From: Solirubrobacterales bacterium
GTDB taxonomy: Bacteria; Actinomycetota; Thermoleophilia; Solirubrobacterales; 70-9
Assembly: GCA_044221915.1 (NCBI GenBank)
Contig: JBGAOF010000001.1
Span: 1-26,159, forward strand
Direction of reading: 5' to 3'
Length of the DNA stretch: 26,159 nt
The notes under the pieces were generated by a model, which was given only the letters and a program-made list of their open reading frames with translations, made no database searches and was not told the origin of the DNA. Within the stretch, counting starts at the first letter, position 1. Every line of letters begins with the position of its first letter. A program made the translations under genes and the position numbers. Below, piece after piece: positions 7,494 through 16,154 of the stretch.

Positions 7494-7661
7494 CCTCGCA
7501 GCTTCGGACCGGTCCGCCCTGAAGGGTTCGGCCGGGTGAATCCGTAGAATGGGAATTGAAAGGTCGGCGGGGAGCCGGCAGAGGGGCGCCGCTGGTGGCG
7601 GTGCCGAAAGGGAGAAATCACAGTGAGTCAGGGAGCGTTTCGCTCAGAGGAGGTTCAAACG

Positions 7662-10600
7662 GTGAACACCGTCACGCATCGTTCTGCCCACCTTCGACTG
7701 ATCGGGGCTGCTCTTTGCCTTGTCCTGGCTTACATCGGATTTGCCGGGGCCACCGCCGAGGCGGCTACCCCCGTGATCCTCAACTCATCCAACTGGCTCG
7801 GCTCCAGCCGCTTTGCCGAGAAGAGTGATGCCTACGGACAGATCGCGATCGTGGTGCAGCATGACCTCGGGCGCAAGGTCACCGGCCTCCGGATCGACCA
7901 CGACAAGAACGGCACCGACAACACCGGCTCGGTCGGGGTGACGGATGTCAGCACGATCGCCGAGCAGAAGAACTTCCAGGGTGGCTACGCCTACACCAAG
8001 GTCATTTACAAGTTCCTGCCGACCAGTGGTGGCAACGGGTTCTCATGCAACTTCATTGGTAGCAAGATCCGTTCGAATTCGTTCCCGCTGCGGATCCGGG
8101 CTCAGCTCGACAACGGTGACCAGACTGCGACCTCGACGATAAACGCGACCTGGCAGGCCGGCGGCGACTGCGGCTATGTGAAGGATTACGGGATCCTCTG
8201 GAACCCGTCGCAGGCGGCCACCCAGGTCCGGCCCGGCCAGGCCGTCAACTTCCAGGTGACCGGCGACGACCCCGACTCGGTCATCAATGAACCCGACTTC
8301 AGCTCGGTCACCCCGCGCCTCAGGAACATTCTCACCGGCGAGATCATCATGGGCGACCAGATCACCGGTACCGGTCAGGACCGGGTCTGCAACCCCGGCG
8401 GTGACAACAACACAATGGTCTTCCCGGTCACCTTCCCCAAGCGAGGTACCTGGATCGTCGAGGCATCGGCGGGCTCCTCCACCCACCTTCTCGGCCCGAA
8501 CTGCGGCGCAGCCGACAACACCGGCTGGTACTCGCTCGGTGTTGTCTCGGTCAACTCGCTGGCCTCGGTCAGCCCGACCGCCAACCTGACCGCCACCCGT
8601 CCGGTGGTCAACGGCAGTACCTCAATCAACGCCCTCAACGTGCTTGACACCGCCGACCAGCCGGCCGGCGGCCTCGTTCAGGACATCGAATGGGACCTCG
8701 ACTTCAACGCCGGCAACGGCATCGACGGCTTCGAGGAAGGCGTCCGCGGCAACCCCGACACCGGGCTCCCCGGCGGGGCTACGGCCCGCAGCATCAACAC
8801 CACCGGCTACACCCCGGGCTGGTACACGGTCCGGACCAGGGTCTCCGACAACGGTGCCTCCAACGGCGCCGACAATGCCTCCGCCCGGGTGATCTACACG
8901 ACCCAGTTCCTGGTTGACAGCATCCCCTCCGCCGCCGGCCAGAGCCACTCGATCACCTCGCTGGACAACCTGCCGCTCACCCTGCAGGGCACCGACACCG
9001 ACGTCTTCCCGCTGATGGGCGTTGACGACCAGGCGGATCTCCAGTACACGATTATCGACCCGCCCGACCACGGCACCCTCACTCCGTTGAGTGGTGCGGC
9101 CGGCAACGAAACCACCTACGACCCGAACGGGACCAACTACTCCGGCAACGACTCGTTCACCTTCCAGGTCGACGACGGCTACGGCGGCATCGCCGTGGCG
9201 ACCGTGAACATCCAGGTGACCCCGACGACCGACATCAATTCGGCACCGAACCCGATGGTCGATCACAACGACCGCGGGGCCAGCATCGGCTTCAGCTCAC
9301 CGACCGAGGTCGGTCCCGGGGCGACCCTCGATCACTTCGAATGCTCCCTCGACTACGGATCATTTGCGGCCTGCTCCTCTCTTCATAACCTGACCGACCT
9401 CAGCGACGGCCTGCACAACGTCAGGGTCCGCGCCCACGGTGGCGACAGCACGGTTGACGCGAGCCCCGCCCAGGCCGAGTGGGTCGTCGATGCCAAGCCG
9501 GCGGTGAACTTCACGACCACACCGGCCGCCGACAGTGGTGACCCGGATCCGGACTTCGAGTTCACGACCACCGAGGCCGGCAACACGGCCCCGCTTGACG
9601 TGACCTGCAAGCTGGACACCGACATCCGCCGGCCCTGCGATTCACCCTACGCTCTGACGGGCCTCGAGGATGGACCGCATTCACTGACCGTCTACGCGGT
9701 GGACCAGTACGGAAAGGAAAGCTCCAGCACCTACAGCTGGGAGATCTCCCAGGACGGTGTCCTGACCAACCTTGTCGGCAGCTACCCGCTGTTTTCCAAC
9801 AGCCCCGACCAGGACTTTGCCTTTGAGTCGAATGACATCGCCAACACCTTCGAATGCAGTCTCGATGATGCCGCCTGGTCGGTCTGCACTACGCCCGACA
9901 GCCTGACCGGACTCGCCGACGGCCAGCACACATTCAAGGTGAGGGCGAAGAACCCGGCCGATGTCTACGACGAAACCCCGGCCGCCTGGACCTGGAAGAT
10001 CGATACGGCAGCGCCGGACACCTCGATTGACGACTTCAACCGGGCGATCACCAACCAGGTGATCACGGCCCGTCCGAAGTCGAATGAATCGAATGTCAGT
10101 TTCGTCTGTTCGGTTGACGGCGGCAGCTTCAACCCCTGTTCAAGCCCGCTCACCGGACCCGCCCTCGCCGACGGCAATCACAGCCTCGACGTCGCGGCGG
10201 TCGACCGGGCCGGCAACGTGGACATGACCCCGGCCGGTGACAACTGGCTGCTGGACACGGTCGCACCCGACTCGACCATCACCACGGGCCCGTCTGAAGG
10301 CGCCAGGCTCAAGGTGACGAACGCCAGTTTCGAATTCGAATTCGCACCGGACGCCACCGCGGTTTCCGCCCAGTGCTCGCTGGACGGCGAAAGCTGGCGG
10401 GACTGTGACAGCAACACCACCCAGGCCTACGCCGGCCTGCTTGACGGCAGCCACACTCTGCGAGTGCGGGGTGTGGATGAAGCGGGCAATGTGGAAGCCT
10501 CGGTATCCCAGCGCAGCTGGCAGATCGACACCGCCCCGCCGACCGTGACCATCACCTCCGGGCCGGGCGGCACCGTTACCGACCGGATCGCAACCTTCGA

Positions 10601-11378
10601 GTTCAGCAGTTCCGAACCGGGCCAGTCCGAATGCAGCCTCGACGGTGGTCCCTGGCAGAACTGCTCCAGTCCCCAGACCTACACGGGCATGCCCGACGGC
10701 GACCATCATCTGAAGGTGCGGGCCACCGACATGTTCGGCAACCAGGGCCCGGTTTCCGGCCGCAGCTGGAAGGTCAAGCCGCTGGTCAACAATCCGCTGA
10801 CCGTTCCGGTGGCAGCGGCCTGTGATTTCGCCAGTCCCCAGGCTTCCTGCCGCAAGCCCACGGTGTCGGGCAAATTCCTCACCCGCCCCGGACGCACCGG
10901 TGCGAGCAAGGTTCAGCTCGAGATCAGTTCGTCAACCACCGATCTTTCGATCGCCAGGGTCCGCCTCGGCCGCAGCTCAAGCTACGTACTGACCAAGAAG
11001 GCGAAGGGCAAGACGGCACTGGTCGTGACGACCACCGATCGCAACAACCAGGCCCGGACCTACGTCTTCAAGGCGAACGGGACCGGCAAGGAAGGGGTTC
11101 GCACCCTGACCTCGACCGATGGCCAGCTCAAGGTGAGCATCACCCTCGGTGAGGAGCCGAACTTCGAGATCGCCGACCTTGGACCGGGTATCACCAAGGC
11201 GACCTTCACGATCCCGGCCTCCCGGCACTCGCTCAAGACTCGCCCGGCGACGAAACCGGTCCCGACCCAGAAGTGGTACGGCACCGCAATGGACCGGAAT
11301 GGCAACTGGGTCACTACCAGCATGTACATCGATCCACCACGAGCGAAGAACGCCGGCAAGAAGGGGGGCCATAAGTGA
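7662..11378 (+). CDS. Giant secreted surface protein 1: unknown N-domain, PKD-like, cadherin/Big_9-like, 6 two-Cys Ig-like repeats, basic C-terminal domain
   Basis: GTG 7662 follows AGGAGGT (7648-7654) at 7 nt; the track start GTG 7623 is an alternative. Signal peptide ends ATAEA|A. IEWDLD...GWYTVRTRVSD is PKD-like. LQYTIIDPPDHGTL...YSGNDSFTFQVDDG is Big_9/tandem-95-like. Repeat consensus FECSLD..W..C.SP...GL.DG.H...VRA.D.AGN. Confidence 0.85.
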   Translation: MNTVTHRSAHLRLIGAALCLVLAYIGFAGATAEAATPVILNSSNWLGSSRFAEKSDAYGQIAIVVQHDLGRKVTGLRIDHDKNGTDNTGSVGVTDVSTIAEQKNFQGGYAYTKVIYKFLPTSGGNGFSCNFIGSKIRSNSFPLRIRAQLDNGDQTATSTINATWQAGGDCGYVKDYGILWNPSQAATQVRPGQAVNFQVTGDDPDSVINEPDFSSVTPRLRNILTGEIIMGDQITGTGQDRVCNPGGDNNTMVFPVTFPKRGTWIVEASAGSSTHLLGPNCGAADNTGWYSLGVVSVNSLASVSPTANLTATRPVVNGSTSINALNVLDTADQPAGGLVQDIEWDLDFNAGNGIDGFEEGVRGNPDTGLPGGATARSINTTGYTPGWYTVRTRVSDNGASNGADNASARVIYTTQFLVDSIPSAAGQSHSITSLDNLPLTLQGTDTDVFPLMGVDDQADLQYTIIDPPDHGTLTPLSGAAGNETTYDPNGTNYSGNDSFTFQVDDGYGGIAVATVNIQVTPTTDINSAPNPMVDHNDRGASIGFSSPTEVGPGATLDHFECSLDYGSFAACSSLHNLTDLSDGLHNVRVRAHGGDSTVDASPAQAEWVVDAKPAVNFTTTPAADSGDPDPDFEFTTTEAGNTAPLDVTCKLDTDIRRPCDSPYALTGLEDGPHSLTVYAVDQYGKESSSTYSWEISQDGVLTNLVGSYPLFSNSPDQDFAFESNDIANTFECSLDDAAWSVCTTPDSLTGLADGQHTFKVRAKNPADVYDETPAAWTWKIDTAAPDTSIDDFNRAITNQVITARPKSNESNVSFVCSVDGGSFNPCSSPLTGPALADGNHSLDVAAVDRAGNVDMTPAGDNWLLDTVAPDSTITTGPSEGARLKVTNASFEFEFAPDATAVSAQCSLDGESWRDCDSNTTQAYAGLLDGSHTLRVRGVDEAGNVEASVSQRSWQIDTAPPTVTITSGPGGTVTDRIATFEFSSSEPGQSECSLDGGPWQNCSSPQTYTGMPDGDHHLKVRATDMFGNQGPVSGRSWKVKPLVNNPLTVPVAAACDFASPQASCRKPTVSGKFLTRPGRTGASKVQLEISSSTTDLSIARVRLGRSSSYVLTKKAKGKTALVVTTTDRNNQARTYVFKANGTGKEGVRTLTSTDGQLKVSITLGEEPNFEIADLGPGITKATFTIPASRHSLKTRPATKPVPTQKWYGTAMDRNGNWVTTSMYIDPPRAKNAGKKGGHK
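9216..10778 (+). repeat. Six ~87-aa Ig-like protein repeats, each with two Cys
   Basis: Manual parse of the translation. Units end AEWVV, SWEI, TWKI, NWLL, SWQI and SWKV. Units are diverged at the DNA level. Confidence 0.9.
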
Positions 11379-11407
11379 GGGCTTCGGTAAAGGGAGAAGG
11401 CAGGAGC

Positions 11408-14400
11408 ATGACGATGAAGATCAAGGCGATTCTCTTTGCGGCGGTTCTCGGAATGGTGGCCTTCGGGTTCACCTCCGGTGCCCAGGCACAGAAGGTTGGC
11501 AACCCGGGGATGTTTGACATCTCGGCGGTGTCCGGCTTCATGAAGGTCGGCTCGCTGGATCAGTTCGACCTCACCGAAGGCTCGCTTTCGCTGCCCGGCA
11601 CCGTCCAGGCCAACGGCACGGTGACCGTCGCCAACAGCGACATCGGGGCCCCCCAGTTCCCGCTTTGCGCCACCCCCGGCGATCCTTCATGTGAATACGA
11701 CGGGCTGGTAACCGTCAACATCGTCGGTGACCCGACCGGATCAGTCAATCCGCTGACCGGTGACGGAAGCCTGACAATCAAGATGTGGATTGCCGCGAAC
11801 GTGACCAAGCCGGTCAACGCGAACTGCACCATCGGTACTGCGCTCAGCCCGATCGTGATCCCGCTCACCACCGGGGTAAGCGGGACCCTCACCGGTGCGC
11901 CCTACAACCCCGACACCGGCCAGCTCACCCTGGTCAACGGAACCGTGGCGATCCCCGGGCCGTCCGGAGGTGGCCTCTGCGGCATTGTCGGTGGCCAGAT
12001 CGGCCTGCCGTCGGGCTCCGGAAACAACAAGATCAGTTTCACGATGCAGTTCACACCGCATGCCACGCGCGGCGTGCAGCCGGTGATTACTTCGTCCAAC
12101 GAAACAGTTGACGGTGGCCTGCTGCCGATGACCGGCTCGGATGCCGTTTCCAAGCCCGGCACGCCGCAGTTCCAGTGGGATTACGACGGCAACGGCACCT
12201 GGGACACCGCCCTCTCGGTCAACCCGAACACCACGCACACCTACTACGGACCGATCGGTACCGAACATCATCCCCGCCTCCGGGTGGTGGACGGTGACGG
12301 CGATTCCTACGTCGGCACCAAGACCATCACGATCGGCCCGGGGCGCGACCTTGCTGTTGAGGCGGCGGCGCTTGGCCAGTTCGACGTTGGTAACACCGGC
12401 ACCTTCCAGGTCAACGTGACCAACGAATCGGCTGTCAACATGCCCAACCAGATCACCGCGACCGGCACTCTGCCGGCGGCACTTCCGCTGAACAGCGCTT
12501 CCGGCGCCGGCTGGAGCTGCTCGATCGCGGGTCAGACCTACACCTGTACCCGTCCCAGCCTCGGTGCCGGGATCACGGCGCCACCGATCTCGATAAACGT
12601 CAACGTCACCGCGGCGGCGCGGCCGAGCATCAACACCACCCATTCGGTCCAGGCACCGCATGACCCGGTGGCGGTCAACGATTCGACCACGATCAACACC
12701 GAGACTTTCGCCACTGACCTCACGGTGGACAAGCGCCATGACTACGAGTTCCGGCCCGGTTCGGACCCGAAGAACGTGCATGAGATCGAAATCTCGAACG
12801 TCGGCAACATTCCGACCTCGACCCCGACCACGGTATCCGACACGCTGCCGGCCGGCCTGGTGCCGTTGACCGCGACCGGAGCCGGCTGGAGCTGCAATAT
12901 TTCCGGTCAGCTGGTCACCTGTAACTCACCCGCCGTGATCGGCGTCGGTCAGAGTGCCCCGGTGATCGAGATCACCGCCAATGCCGACATCGTGGCCGCC
13001 GGAGGCAACATCGGTGACACCAGCATCACGGTCAACAACACGGCCAGCGTGGCCAATGCCGGTGATGTCAACCCGGGCAATGACGCCGATACCGACCCGA
13101 CCATGATCATCGATGCCCCGGACCTGGCCCTGACCAAGAGCCATATCGGCAATCCGACGGCCGGCGATGACTTCGACTACACGATCACGGTTGTAAACCG
13201 CGGTGGCAAGGACACCGTCCAGCCGACCACGGTCACCGACACTCTCCCGGCGAACCTGACCTATGTCAGCGGAACCGGAACCGGCTGGGTCTGCAACGCA
13301 TCCGGTCAGGATGTGACCTGCACAAATAACGACCCGATCGTCTCCGATACCTCGGCCCCCGCAATCACGCTCACGGTTCACGCCGACACACCGGCGGATG
13401 TCGTCAACACGGCAACCGTCGCCAATGCCGACGACCCGCACCCGGCGAATGACCAGGCCAGCGATCCGACCTCGGTTCGCCTGATTGACCTTGATATCTC
13501 GGCCGAAGCGGTGGGAACCTACAAGGTCAACCGTGACGGTTGGCTGAGGATCGGACTGGAGAACCTCGGAACCTCGGCTTCCGCAAGTACCACGGTCGTC
13601 ACCTCGACCCTGCCGGCCGGCGTCACCTACTCCGATTTCGCCGGCACGGGCTGGGATTGCTCGGCCTCCAGCGGGTCGAACCTGTCCTGCTCGTACGCCG
13701 ATCCGATTGCCCCCGGCAACCCGCCCGCTGACCTCGAGGTCATGGTCAGCTTCGCCGCGCCGTCGGTTCCGGATTCGACGTTCAGCTTCCACGTCGCGAC
13801 CGACAACGACTTTGAACCGGGGAACGATGACGCCGGGTTCACCGCCGACGTATTCGCCCAGGATGTTGGCGTTTCGCTCAGCCACAGCGGCAGCTTCCGG
13901 GTCGGTGCCAACCGCACCTACACGGTTGACGTCGAGAACATCGGTACCGGCCCGACCAGCGGCCAGACCGATGCCGTCGTGGAGTTGGCGGCCGGATTGA
14001 GCTATGTCGGGTACACCGGCTCCCCCGCCTGGTCATGCTCGCCGTCCGGGCAGACCATCACCTGTGTTCACGCCGCCGCAATTGCGGCTGAATCCTCCGC
14101 CGACTCACTCGGCATTCAGGTGCTGGTCGGTCCCGCAGCCTGGCCGCAGGTGACCTCATCGGCCACGGTGAGCACCACCGGCGATCGCAACGGGACCAAT
14201 GATTCCGACGGTGACGTGGCCGATGTTGCAGCCCCGGATCTGACGGTTTCGACCAGTCACTCTCCCGCCTCCTTCCGGGTCGGGACCGAGGCCACCTACA
14301 CATTCGTTGCTTCGAATGACGGTGACGGGCCCACCACCAGCGATACGGTGCTGACCAGCACCGTTCCGGCGGGCCTCACCTTCCTCGATGCCGACGGGGC

Positions 14401-16123
14401 TGGCTGGGACTGTGATTTCACTGCTCCCGACCTGACCTGCACCATGTCGGCCGGCCTTGCCGCCGGCAGTGACGCGGCTCCGATCGATGTCACCGTCATG
14501 CCGACGGTGGCCGCCATGCCCTCGGTCCTCAATGAGGTCCAGGTCGCGGCCGACAACGATCACTTCATCGGCAACGACGGCGCATCCGAAACCATTCCGG
14601 TGACCGCGATTGATGTCGCCATCTCCCTCAGTGGCCCGCTGGGCACACTCGAGGTCGGCAAGGATGCGACTTACACGATCGCTGTTGCCAACGTTGGAAC
14701 TGCCGACACGATCAACCCGATTGCGGTCACCGGCAACCTGCCGGTTGGCGTTCTGCCCGGCGAGGTATCGGGCAACGGCTGGAACTGCAGCATCGATGTG
14801 TCCAACAGCCACAAGGTCGATTGCGTGCGTGCCGCGTCGCTTGGTGCCGGGGCCGCCGCTCCGGCAATCACAGTGGTCGCCGCGGTCAAGCCGAATGTGC
14901 TCAGCCCGGCTCAAACCACATTCTCGGTCACGACCACCGACGACATCCAGAACCTGAACGACGTGAGCAATCAGGTCTCCAACCCGGCGATTTCCGGTCC
15001 CAACGGCAGCGTGCTGCTCGAGCCGGACCTTGCTCCGGGAGCCAGCCTGCGGGTCGGTGACCACGGGACCTACAGGGTCAGGGTCCACAACGACGGCGGT
15101 TCCGCGATCAACGGCGGCACCACGGTTGATGTGGTCCTGCCGGACGGCCTGACGCCGGAAGTCTCCGGCAACTCCAACTGGCCTTGCGCCGTGAACGGCC
15201 AGACCGTGACCTGCACCCGGATTCCGGTGATACCGGCCGGGGAGAGCGCACCGGTTTTCCCGATCAACTTCATGGTGACCGACGAGGCTGCCAGCACCGT
15301 GACCACGACCGCCACCCTCGATGTTCCGGGGGATCTGGTGGCCGCCGACAATGAAGACGACGACGTCCAGAACGTGATCCGGACCGACGTGGCGGTGGCA
15401 CTTGCCTCGACCGGCACCTGGACAGCCGGCACCGACGCGGGCTTTGACATCAACGTCAGCAACGTCGGATCGGCCGACACCGTCGGGCCGATCACCCTCC
15501 AGTCGAGCCTGCCTGAGGGGGTCTGGTTCCTTGACGCCCAGGGCGGCGGGTTCACCTGCGCGCCCGACGGCACCATGCTCTCCTGCGAGAGGAGTGGCAG
15601 CCTTGCCGCCGGACAGTCCGCAGCCAGCCTCAGGGTGAACGTGCGGGTATCGAACACCCTGGAGGGCAGCCTGAATCTCGGGGCGGAAGTCTCGACCGTC
15701 GATGATGTCAACGACCTCAACGACAGCGCTTCGGTCGCCCAGCCGGTGGTGCTGCCGCCGGTGGTGCTGCGGCCCGCAACGATTGTCACGCAGCAGGCAA
15801 CGGTATTGCGAAGCGGTCAGTTCAGCGTTTCCGTGAGCTGCCCGGCCGATGCGACCAAGCGTTGCGACGGCAAGGCGCAGCTCAAGATCACAACCAGGTT
15901 GCGCCGGCCCGGCAAGAAGAAGCGCTTCTGGTCCAACGTGACCACCAACACTGTCCGCTACGAGGTGGCCCCGGGTGAAACCCGCACGATCTCGCTGAAG
16001 ATCAAGTCAGCTCACCGCAAGGCACTTGCGAAGCGCAAACAGGCCCGGGGTGTACTCACTCTGACGCCGACTTCGACACAAATACCCAAGACCACAGGCA
16101 CGGTGAACCTTGTTGCGCGGTAG
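11408..16123 (+). CDS. Giant secreted surface protein 2: unknown four-Cys N-domain, PKD-like, 9 DUF11 repeats, basic C-terminal domain
   Basis: AGGAG at 11402-11406 supports ATG 11408 or 11414; GTG 11375 overlaps the upstream stop. Signal peptide ends GAQA|Q. QFQWDYDGNG...THTY...RLRVVD is PKD-like. DUF11 signature DLALTKS...YTITVVNRG...TVTDTLPANLTYVS. Confidence 0.85.
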   Translation: MTMKIKAILFAAVLGMVAFGFTSGAQAQKVGNPGMFDISAVSGFMKVGSLDQFDLTEGSLSLPGTVQANGTVTVANSDIGAPQFPLCATPGDPSCEYDGLVTVNIVGDPTGSVNPLTGDGSLTIKMWIAANVTKPVNANCTIGTALSPIVIPLTTGVSGTLTGAPYNPDTGQLTLVNGTVAIPGPSGGGLCGIVGGQIGLPSGSGNNKISFTMQFTPHATRGVQPVITSSNETVDGGLLPMTGSDAVSKPGTPQFQWDYDGNGTWDTALSVNPNTTHTYYGPIGTEHHPRLRVVDGDGDSYVGTKTITIGPGRDLAVEAAALGQFDVGNTGTFQVNVTNESAVNMPNQITATGTLPAALPLNSASGAGWSCSIAGQTYTCTRPSLGAGITAPPISINVNVTAAARPSINTTHSVQAPHDPVAVNDSTTINTETFATDLTVDKRHDYEFRPGSDPKNVHEIEISNVGNIPTSTPTTVSDTLPAGLVPLTATGAGWSCNISGQLVTCNSPAVIGVGQSAPVIEITANADIVAAGGNIGDTSITVNNTASVANAGDVNPGNDADTDPTMIIDAPDLALTKSHIGNPTAGDDFDYTITVVNRGGKDTVQPTTVTDTLPANLTYVSGTGTGWVCNASGQDVTCTNNDPIVSDTSAPAITLTVHADTPADVVNTATVANADDPHPANDQASDPTSVRLIDLDISAEAVGTYKVNRDGWLRIGLENLGTSASASTTVVTSTLPAGVTYSDFAGTGWDCSASSGSNLSCSYADPIAPGNPPADLEVMVSFAAPSVPDSTFSFHVATDNDFEPGNDDAGFTADVFAQDVGVSLSHSGSFRVGANRTYTVDVENIGTGPTSGQTDAVVELAAGLSYVGYTGSPAWSCSPSGQTITCVHAAAIAAESSADSLGIQVLVGPAAWPQVTSSATVSTTGDRNGTNDSDGDVADVAAPDLTVSTSHSPASFRVGTEATYTFVASNDGDGPTTSDTVLTSTVPAGLTFLDADGAGWDCDFTAPDLTCTMSAGLAAGSDAAPIDVTVMPTVAAMPSVLNEVQVAADNDHFIGNDGASETIPVTAIDVAISLSGPLGTLEVGKDATYTIAVANVGTADTINPIAVTGNLPVGVLPGEVSGNGWNCSIDVSNSHKVDCVRAASLGAGAAAPAITVVAAVKPNVLSPAQTTFSVTTTDDIQNLNDVSNQVSNPAISGPNGSVLLEPDLAPGASLRVGDHGTYRVRVHNDGGSAINGGTTVDVVLPDGLTPEVSGNSNWPCAVNGQTVTCTRIPVIPAGESAPVFPINFMVTDEAASTVTTTATLDVPGDLVAADNEDDDVQNVIRTDVAVALASTGTWTAGTDAGFDINVSNVGSADTVGPITLQSSLPEGVWFLDAQGGGFTCAPDGTMLSCERSGSLAAGQSAASLRVNVRVSNTLEGSLNLGAEVSTVDDVNDLNDSASVAQPVVLPPVVLRPATIVTQQATVLRSGQFSVSVSCPADATKRCDGKAQLKITTRLRRPGKKKRFWSNVTTNTVRYEVAPGETRTISLKIKSAHRKALAKRKQARGVLTLTPTSTQIPKTTGTVNLVAR
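12344..15751 (+). repeat. Nine ~125-aa DUF11 (conserved repeat domain) units, each with a W/F-x-C...C pair
   Basis: Manual parse. Units begin RDLAV, TDLTV, PDLAL, IDLDI, QDVGV, PDLTV, IDVAI, PNGSV and TDVAV. Each ends in a D-x(4)-N/D-N/D-type motif. Confidence 0.9.
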
Positions 16124-16154
16124 GGAACAGGCAAAGGGAGACAAGGCTAGGAAA

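Noticed and set aside
7515-7620. Possible c-di-AMP (ydaO) or cobalamin riboswitch, suggested by GGGTGAATCC and AAAGGGA
   Set aside because: The other conserved blocks I recall (GGGGAACC and CCGTCAGCTAACC for ydaO; the B12 box) are absent.
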